This document shows positions 55,937 to 64,000 of a stretch of DNA of 64,000 bases, piece by piece. The stretch spans positions 128,001-192,000 of the forward strand of contig BK006942.2 in the NCBI GenBank assembly GCA_000146045.2, given 5' to 3'. The stretch is from TPA_inf: Saccharomyces (Eukaryota). Within the stretch, counting starts at the first letter, position 1. Each line of letters starts with the position of its first letter. The translations under genes and the position numbers were made by a program. The notes beneath the pieces are model-generated. The model was not told where the DNA came from. It searched no databases and saw only the letters and a list, made by a program, of their open reading frames with translations.

Positions 55937-58369
55937 ATGAATACTCCACAGATTAGTCTGTATGAACCCGGGACAATATTAACTGTGGGATCTCATCATG
56001 CTAAGATTATCAAATACCTTACGAGTGGTGGATTCGCACAAGTATATACTGCCGAAATTTCCCCTCCTGACCCATATAGCAATGCTAACATAGCATGCTT
56101 GAAAAGAGTCATTGTCCCCCATAAACAGGGTTTAAATACCTTGAGAGCTGAAGTGGATGCTATGAAACTCCTTAGAAATAATAAGCATGTTGTTTCTTAC
56201 ATAGATTCACATGCTGCAAGGTCTGTAAATGGTATAGCATATGAGGTGTTTGTGTTAATGGAATTTTGTGAACGTGGAGGTCTTATAGATTTTATGAACA
56301 CCAGATTACAAAATAGATTACAAGAATCTGAAATATTAGAAATTATGAGTCAAACCGTCCAAGGTATAACTGCAATGCACGCTCTGCAGCCGCCATTGAT
56401 TCATAGAGATATTAAGATTGAGAATGTACTTATTTCTCATGATGGCTTGTATAAAGTTTGTGATTTTGGTTCCGTTTCCGGTGTGATAAGGCCACCTAGA
56501 AATACTCAAGAGTTTAATTATGTTCAACACGACATCCTAACAAATACTACAGCTCAGTATAGATCACCTGAAATGATTGACCTGTACAGAGGGTTACCTA
56601 TCGACGAAAAATCTGATATTTGGGCTCTTGGTGTCTTTCTTTACAAAATATGTTACTATACTACGCCGTTTGAAAAAAGTGGTGAAGCCGGTATACTACA
56701 TGCAAGGTATCAATATCCATCCTTTCCGCAGTATAGTGACAGGTTGAAAAATTTGATACGTCTTATGTTAATGGAAGCACCATCTCAGAGGCCAAATATT
56801 TGTCAAGTTTTAGAGGAGGTTTCCAGGTTACAGAATAAGCCTTGCCCGATTAGAAATTTTTACTTGTTAAGAGCAATGAATCAGAATGCGAATACCCAAT
56901 TGGCCGGTGAACCGTCTTCGACAACTTATGTTCCAACACAGAAATTTATTCCCGTACAAAGCCTTCAGAGCATCAACCAGCCACCAAATATGATGCCTGT
57001 AACTCACGTCAGTACTACTCCTAATTTGGGTACTTTCCCTATATCTATTAATGATAATAACAAGACAGAAGTAACGGCGCATGCTGGCTTACAGGTTGGA
57101 AGCCATTCAAATTTGACTAGTCCCTTAATGAAAACAAAATCCGTTCCACTTTCTGATGAATTTGCATCACTATATTATAAAGAGCTACACCCTTTTCAAA
57201 AGTCTCAGACTTTCAAATCAGTAGAAAGTTTCCAATCCCCACAAAGGAAGTCTATGCCTCCATTATCGCTTACTCCTGTTAATAATGACATTTTTGATAG
57301 AGTTTCGGCAATAAATCGTCCAAATAACTACGTTGATTCTGAGACGCAAACTATAGATAACATGGCTGTGCCAAACTTAAAACTATCTCCCACCATTACA
57401 AGCAAATCACTAAGCTCCACAAAAGAAATTGCTGCTCCAGATAATATAAATGGAAGCAAGATTGTGCGTTCACTAAGCTCTAAGTTAAAAAAGGTTATTA
57501 CTGGTGAATCTCGCGGCAATTCTCCGATTAAATCAAGGCAAAATACTGGTGATAGTATCAGATCAGCATTTGGTAAGCTTCGTCATGGGTTTACAGGAAA
57601 CTCAGTGAACAATAGCAGGTCTGCTTCCTTTGATAATAACAATGTCAACGGCAATGGTAACAATACAAACAGGCGATTAGTTTCGTCTTCAACCTCCTCC
57701 TTTCCTAAATTTAATTCTGATACCAAAAGAAAAGAGGAATCAGACAAGAATCAGAGACTGGAAAAACGTCGCAGTATGCCTCCTTCAATTTTATCAGATT
57801 TTGACCAGCATGAGAGGAATAACTCGAGAACTGGATCAAGGGACTATTACAGGTCTCATTCTCCAGTGAAGAAAACTCAAGCATCAGCTAAAACGACATC
57901 AAAGCCTACTTTGATACCAGATAATGGCAACGTTAATATAAATCAAGAAAAGAAGGAATCAATTCAAAGAAGAGTGCATAACTTACTAAAGAGTTCTGAT
58001 GATCCGGTAACGTATAAATCCGCATCCGGGTATGGTAAATATACAGATATTGGTACAGAAACTTCCAATCGACATTCAAGTGTAAGAATAACACCAATCA
58101 CAGAAGAAAAGTTTAAGAAAACCCTTAAGGATGGTGTTTTGGACATCAAAACGAAAAGCAACGGTAAAGATAAATCAAGACCACCACGTCCACCACCAAA
58201 ACCACTACATTTAAGGACAGAAATTCAGAAGATAAGAAACTTTAGTCGTTTACAATCAAAGAAACTGCCGATTGAAAGAATTTCCAGCGAAGCCACAGAA
58301 ACTATTGTTGATGTTAACGTAGATGATTTAGAAGCCGATTTTAGAAAAAGGTTTCCCAGCAAAGTTTAA
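55937..58369 (+). CDS. PRK1: Ark/Prk-family actin-regulating Ser/Thr kinase Prk1
   Basis: 810-aa ORF; N-terminal kinase domain (HRDIKIENVL, DFGS), long Ser/Asn-rich tail with proline motif RPPRPPPKP. Confidence 0.92.
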   Translation: MNTPQISLYEPGTILTVGSHHAKIIKYLTSGGFAQVYTAEISPPDPYSNANIACLKRVIVPHKQGLNTLRAEVDAMKLLRNNKHVVSYIDSHAARSVNGIAYEVFVLMEFCERGGLIDFMNTRLQNRLQESEILEIMSQTVQGITAMHALQPPLIHRDIKIENVLISHDGLYKVCDFGSVSGVIRPPRNTQEFNYVQHDILTNTTAQYRSPEMIDLYRGLPIDEKSDIWALGVFLYKICYYTTPFEKSGEAGILHARYQYPSFPQYSDRLKNLIRLMLMEAPSQRPNICQVLEEVSRLQNKPCPIRNFYLLRAMNQNANTQLAGEPSSTTYVPTQKFIPVQSLQSINQPPNMMPVTHVSTTPNLGTFPISINDNNKTEVTAHAGLQVGSHSNLTSPLMKTKSVPLSDEFASLYYKELHPFQKSQTFKSVESFQSPQRKSMPPLSLTPVNNDIFDRVSAINRPNNYVDSETQTIDNMAVPNLKLSPTITSKSLSSTKEIAAPDNINGSKIVRSLSSKLKKVITGESRGNSPIKSRQNTGDSIRSAFGKLRHGFTGNSVNNSRSASFDNNNVNGNGNNTNRRLVSSSTSSFPKFNSDTKRKEESDKNQRLEKRRSMPPSILSDFDQHERNNSRTGSRDYYRSHSPVKKTQASAKTTSKPTLIPDNGNVNINQEKKESIQRRVHNLLKSSDDPVTYKSASGYGKYTDIGTETSNRHSSVRITPITEEKFKKTLKDGVLDIKTKSNGKDKSRPPRPPPKPLHLRTEIQKIRNFSRLQSKKLPIERISSEATETIVDVNVDDLEADFRKRFPSKV

Positions 58370-58516
58370 AACTTGCTCTCACACATAATAGACTATGTAA
58401 TATTAAAAGTCATACAAAATGTACAAATTTTCTTTCGTCAATCATTTGAAATTTTTTGAAATATATCTTGTCACTCATTCATTTATTTATTCGTTTCTAT
58501 TTTCCTATTATATGCT

Positions 58517-59653
<1,137 letters not shown>

Positions 59654-59784
59654 TTAGTTATATAAATATGTCGCACTAATATAATAATCGCATAGATACA
59701 GTCTTAGCTAATTCTAAATCAGTTAAGATGTCCTTATATAACTGTAGAACCAGTTTAGTTTCTTGTTGTTCTTTCCTCTAATTA

Positions 59785-59790
59785 GAGTCA
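59785..59790 (-). promoter_or_regulatory. Gcn4-type TGACTC element in LYS12 promoter (minus-strand orientation)
   Basis: GAGTCA on + strand about 150 bp upstream of the LYS12 ATG. Confidence 0.35.
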
Positions 59791-59822
59791 TCTTAAGAAT
59801 ATTTTTCCACGGGAAAAAAGTG

Positions 59823-59848
59823 AAAAAAAAAAAAAAAAAAAAAAAAAA
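59823..59848. promoter_or_regulatory. 26-nt poly(dA:dT) tract in LYS12 promoter / RSM25 3' region
   Basis: Uninterrupted A26; such tracts exclude nucleosomes and mark yeast nucleosome-depleted regions. Confidence 0.6.
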
Positions 59849-59989
59849 GAGTGGGAATTTTCAGTGCAGTTGAAAAAATCGAGGTGGAATTTGAGAACGA
59901 CAATTACTTAGCACTACATGTGTTGTTCTCGTTTGTTTTTAATTATATACAGGTTGGTTAGGTGACGTTGGAGAAAAGAGGCAGCCCAC

Positions 59990-60787
<798 letters not shown>

Positions 60788-61065
60788 TCAGAATTCTAAG
60801 ATCTTCTTCTTGAATGGTGCGCAATGTCCTTCTTCCTTTTCCAAGCTTCTAATGAGGTTATTTTCTTAGACTTTTGTGCAGTATCTAAATATTATTGGTT
60901 TTATTGCTTGTAACTTGCACTTTTCTGTAATTGCCGAAGTATCAAAGAAATTTCAACTCTCAAAGAAGATGCGCAAGAATGAAGACCAAATGAAAAATGT
61001 CATAAAAAAGCAGTATATTAGCTGTCTTGGGTTAGGGTCCTCGTTCAACAGATTCTTTTTGCTTA

Positions 61066-62967
61066 ATGGTGCAAATGAGATCCAAAAACATGGCATACGA
61101 GTCGGGAACTAATAACTATAGTGATACAATAGCTAATGGAAATACCCTGCCGCCGCGAAGCAAGAAGGGACACAGTGGACGTAGAAAGAGGAGCGAAACT
61201 TTGCCCATAGCGTGTAATAATTTTTGTGTTACAAGACAGATTGATGACGATGAACAAGCGTTCAAAATGCTAGATAAAGTGAGTCATCTGAAAAAATTCA
61301 GTGCTGAAGACGGTGATGATAACAATATATTCGTCCAATGGGCCGATGATATTACAGATATCTTATTTGGACTATGCTGTACAGGAACGTTTTTGAAACT
61401 TCTTATAAGCTCTGCATTATCCGGCCGGGCTAAGACATGGTTTGATTCTACAACGGAGGGAATCGATGACCATGTGATAAAGGCTTACAGTTTTGAAAAA
61501 TTTCTTGCTCTACTATCAGAAGAATTTGATGGAGCAAGATCTTTAAGAAGGGAAATTTTTACGGAACTATTGACGTTGTCCATTGATTCTGAGAAGTCAT
61601 TAGAAGCATTTGCCCATAAATCGGGACGTCTAACTCCATATTATCTGTCTTCTGGTGCTGCGTTGGATCTATTCCTCACAAAATTGGAGCCACAGTTGCA
61701 AAAGCAACTGGAAAATTGTGCATTCCCAATGACTTTGAATTTAGCACTATTGATAACTGCCTGTGAATTTGCGAAGAGAGCATCTAATCATAAAAAATAC
61801 CGGTATAAAAATACGAGGGATTCCGACATTTGTACTCCAAAGAGTAAGAATACTGCTATCGTTAGCAAATTATCGAATACTAAAACTATAAGTAAGAATA
61901 AGGTTATTGAAAAGAGTGATAAGAAAAATTACTTTGATAAGAACAGTCAACACATACCCGATCCTAAACGTCGGAAACAAAATGAACCTGGAATGCGGCT
62001 CTTTCTTGTCATGGATGAGGAAAAGAATATTCTTACATCTAGGAATGTTTCTGCCAATGCATACACATCAAAAAATGGACACACCAATTTAAGCGATCTC
62101 CATACGAATCTTAAAAACAGTAAATCTCAACAATGTGCAGTGGAGCCAATATCGATTTTGAATAGCGGCAGTTTGGTTACAGGCACAATTAATATTGACC
62201 TAATTAATGATGAAGTTTTAGGCACGAAGGAGGAAACTACAACTTATGATGAACGTATGGATGGAAACTCACGTTCTTTGAATGAGAGGTGCTGCGCCGT
62301 CAAGAAAAACTCACTACAACCTATAACATCAAATATATTTCAAAAAAACGCTGAAATTCAGGGCACAAAGATCGGGAGCGTTCTAGATAGTGGTATATCG
62401 AATAGCTTCTCCTCAACAGAGTATATGTTTCCGCCCACAAGCTCTGCGACAGTTAGTAATCCAGTAAAAAAAAATGAAATCAGCAAGAGTAGCCAGGTTA
62501 AAGATATTGCCCAGTTTAATCCGTTCATGACAAACGAAAAGGAGAAAAAGTTAAATCCATCAGAAAGCTTCAAAAGCCCTGGAGTGTCTATGGAAATAAA
62601 TAGGCTAAGCCGTATCGCGGGCCTCAGAAATATTCCAGGAAACATTTACGAAGACAGCAAAATGCTTAATTTGAAAACTCGAAAGTGCTACCCACTGCAT
62701 AACTTTGCTGTGCGCACGAGGAGTGCACATTTTAATGACCGTCCTTCTAATTATATATCACCGCATGAAACCATAAATGCGACTCTCCGATCACCTGCAA
62801 GCTTTGATAGTATTCAATGTATTACTAGGTCCAAGAGGGTAGACGCAGAGACCAATAAAGCAACTGGTTCAGCAAAAAGCGAAAATATAGAAACTAAGAG
62901 CAGAAAGTTCCCTGAAGTAATAAACCCTTTTCTTGTGAACACAACGAACAAGAAAGAAAGCGATTAA
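61066..62967 (+). CDS. Uncharacterised protein (YIL092W)
   Basis: 633-aa ORF; N-terminal structured half, C-terminal Ser/Asn/Lys-rich low complexity; no motif I can name. Confidence 0.75.
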   Translation: MVQMRSKNMAYESGTNNYSDTIANGNTLPPRSKKGHSGRRKRSETLPIACNNFCVTRQIDDDEQAFKMLDKVSHLKKFSAEDGDDNNIFVQWADDITDILFGLCCTGTFLKLLISSALSGRAKTWFDSTTEGIDDHVIKAYSFEKFLALLSEEFDGARSLRREIFTELLTLSIDSEKSLEAFAHKSGRLTPYYLSSGAALDLFLTKLEPQLQKQLENCAFPMTLNLALLITACEFAKRASNHKKYRYKNTRDSDICTPKSKNTAIVSKLSNTKTISKNKVIEKSDKKNYFDKNSQHIPDPKRRKQNEPGMRLFLVMDEEKNILTSRNVSANAYTSKNGHTNLSDLHTNLKNSKSQQCAVEPISILNSGSLVTGTINIDLINDEVLGTKEETTTYDERMDGNSRSLNERCCAVKKNSLQPITSNIFQKNAEIQGTKIGSVLDSGISNSFSSTEYMFPPTSSATVSNPVKKNEISKSSQVKDIAQFNPFMTNEKEKKLNPSESFKSPGVSMEINRLSRIAGLRNIPGNIYEDSKMLNLKTRKCYPLHNFAVRTRSAHFNDRPSNYISPHETINATLRSPASFDSIQCITRSKRVDAETNKATGSAKSENIETKSRKFPEVINPFLVNTTNKKESD

Positions 62968-63029
62968 AAGTATTTGTGAATGATAATATTCTTCATTGTG
63001 TACTCTATACATTGTGGCAGTGCTAATAT

Positions 63030-64000
63030 TTATTTAAATTCATAAATTTCCTTTTGTGCATGCGATAATACAGCTGCTCTTTTCGTCCCCACAATTCTTT
63101 CGAGTGAAAGACCATCAAGCTTGCTATAAATGCATCTAACAGTGGATATGTTTAAATCGGTATTACCTAGAAAGGCGTTCTTACCAATAAATCTGACAAC
63201 TTCATTGTAAAATTCAGGATTGTTTGGAGGCTTATAAAAAACGACGCTCTTGACACCCTTGATTTCATAACGTCTATAATGGTGCAGTCTTTCCGTATAC
63301 AACATAACTTTTAGACGCCCCTGTTGAAACAATGACCTATTTGCATTGAGCTGTCTTTGGCTAGAGTACTCATTTATATCCCCAAATAAAATCGTCGTCT
63401 TCTCTTTCATGTAGTTTCTAATACGAATGAAATCAGTGTAATCAGGAATGTAAATCAGTATTCCGTCTTCATACCCGGTGGATTTGACAATACCAGGAAT
63501 GATGACACTTGTAAAAAATTTAAATCTGTAGTCAGGCTCTTCAATAATCGAATTCCCAATAATGTCAAATCTTTGAAAGATTTGCCTGATTTTCAAACCG
63601 GATTGCCCAATACTGGAGTTTTCTGATCCTATTACCTTGTGATTCTTCCATCTTCCTGCCATGTTACGGCATCTACCATTGATTAATGAATTAGCCGCTG
63701 GCGAGATGTATTTTGTGAATACCATTGTCTGTCTGAAGAGCTTAGCTTGTTCATTAATGTACCACATCCGAATTCTGCTAAAGTCAGCTTCATGTTGTTG
63801 ATCCGGGATTTTGTTAAGATGGTCAAAGATGGTGAAAATATGAGATATGTTCTGGTATTCTATTGAATGTAATTGATCAATCACCATCAACTCTATTGAG
63901 GACAAAAAATCGTCCTGCCTCTTTTTTTTATCTGTATTTTCTAAGATCATTTGAATACCCAATGGCGAACATACAATAATGTCAGACTGGTAAAAATTGC
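63030..64000 (-). CDS. UTP25: SSU processome component Utp25 (C-terminal part; 5' end beyond window)
   Basis: ORF open to the window edge; C-terminal 310 aa of a DEAD-box-like UTP25/DEF family protein; synteny next to YIL092W. Confidence 0.7.
   Translation of the reverse strand, partial: NFYQSDIIVCSPLGIQMILENTDKKKRQDDFLSSIELMVIDQLHSIEYQNISHIFTIFDHLNKIPDQQHEADFSRIRMWYINEQAKLFRQTMVFTKYISPAANSLINGRCRNMAGRWKNHKVIGSENSSIGQSGLKIRQIFQRFDIIGNSIIEEPDYRFKFFTSVIIPGIVKSTGYEDGILIYIPDYTDFIRIRNYMKEKTTILFGDINEYSSQRQLNANRSLFQQGRLKVMLYTERLHHYRRYEIKGVKSVVFYKPPNNPEFYNEVVRFIGKNAFLGNTDLNISTVRCIYSKLDGLSLERIVGTKRAAVLSHAQKEIYEFK

Noticed and set aside
63962-63964. Met at 63962 as the UTP25 start
   Set aside because: The ORF is open to the window edge and the expected protein is much longer; the gene is 5'-truncated by the window.

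Overview
This window reads as a gene-dense, fully collinear stretch of the Saccharomyces cerevisiae chromosome IX left arm, from SIM1 (YIL123W) through the 3' part of UTP25 (YIL091C), about chrIX 128-192 kb. Gene names come from recognising the translated ORFs and their order from memory; no database search was possible. I call 33 protein-coding genes, among them the tandem MFS paralogs QDR2 and QDR1, the FG-nucleoporin NUP159, SEC24, PFK26, HOS4, PRK1, LYS12 and HIS5. Two of them, COX5B and MOB1, have tiny 5' exons that the ORF track misses. There are two Pol III genes, tRNA-Thr(AGU) and tRNA-Ile(AAU), and a degenerate Ty LTR remnant lies upstream of the tRNA-Thr. I see no prokaryotic-style operon, CRISPR array or other novel multi-gene system here; this is ordinary, well-characterised yeast core genome. 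The observations that current annotation would not explain, as far as I can tell, are these:
1. A roughly 120-nt, roughly 90% identical relic of the SEC24 coding sequence sits in the DPH1/YIL102C-A intergenic region.
2. COX5B has a 1-nt first exon that splits the AUG, with an apparent GCAUGU 5' splice site.
3. The MOB1 intron has no TACTAAC branch site.
4. A perfect ARS consensus match abuts a C14 homopolymer in the long RPI1-RHO3 intergenic region.
5. A second perfect ARS consensus match lies next to tRNA-Thr.
6. NUP159 contains 78-nt tandem coding repeats.
7. SLM1 carries a CAG/CAA polyglutamine tract.
8. A cluster of stress-response (STRE) motifs and microsatellites lies between XBP1 and SGA1.
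9. The uncharacterised YIL108W product combines an HExxH metalloprotease motif with a jacalin-like C-terminal domain.
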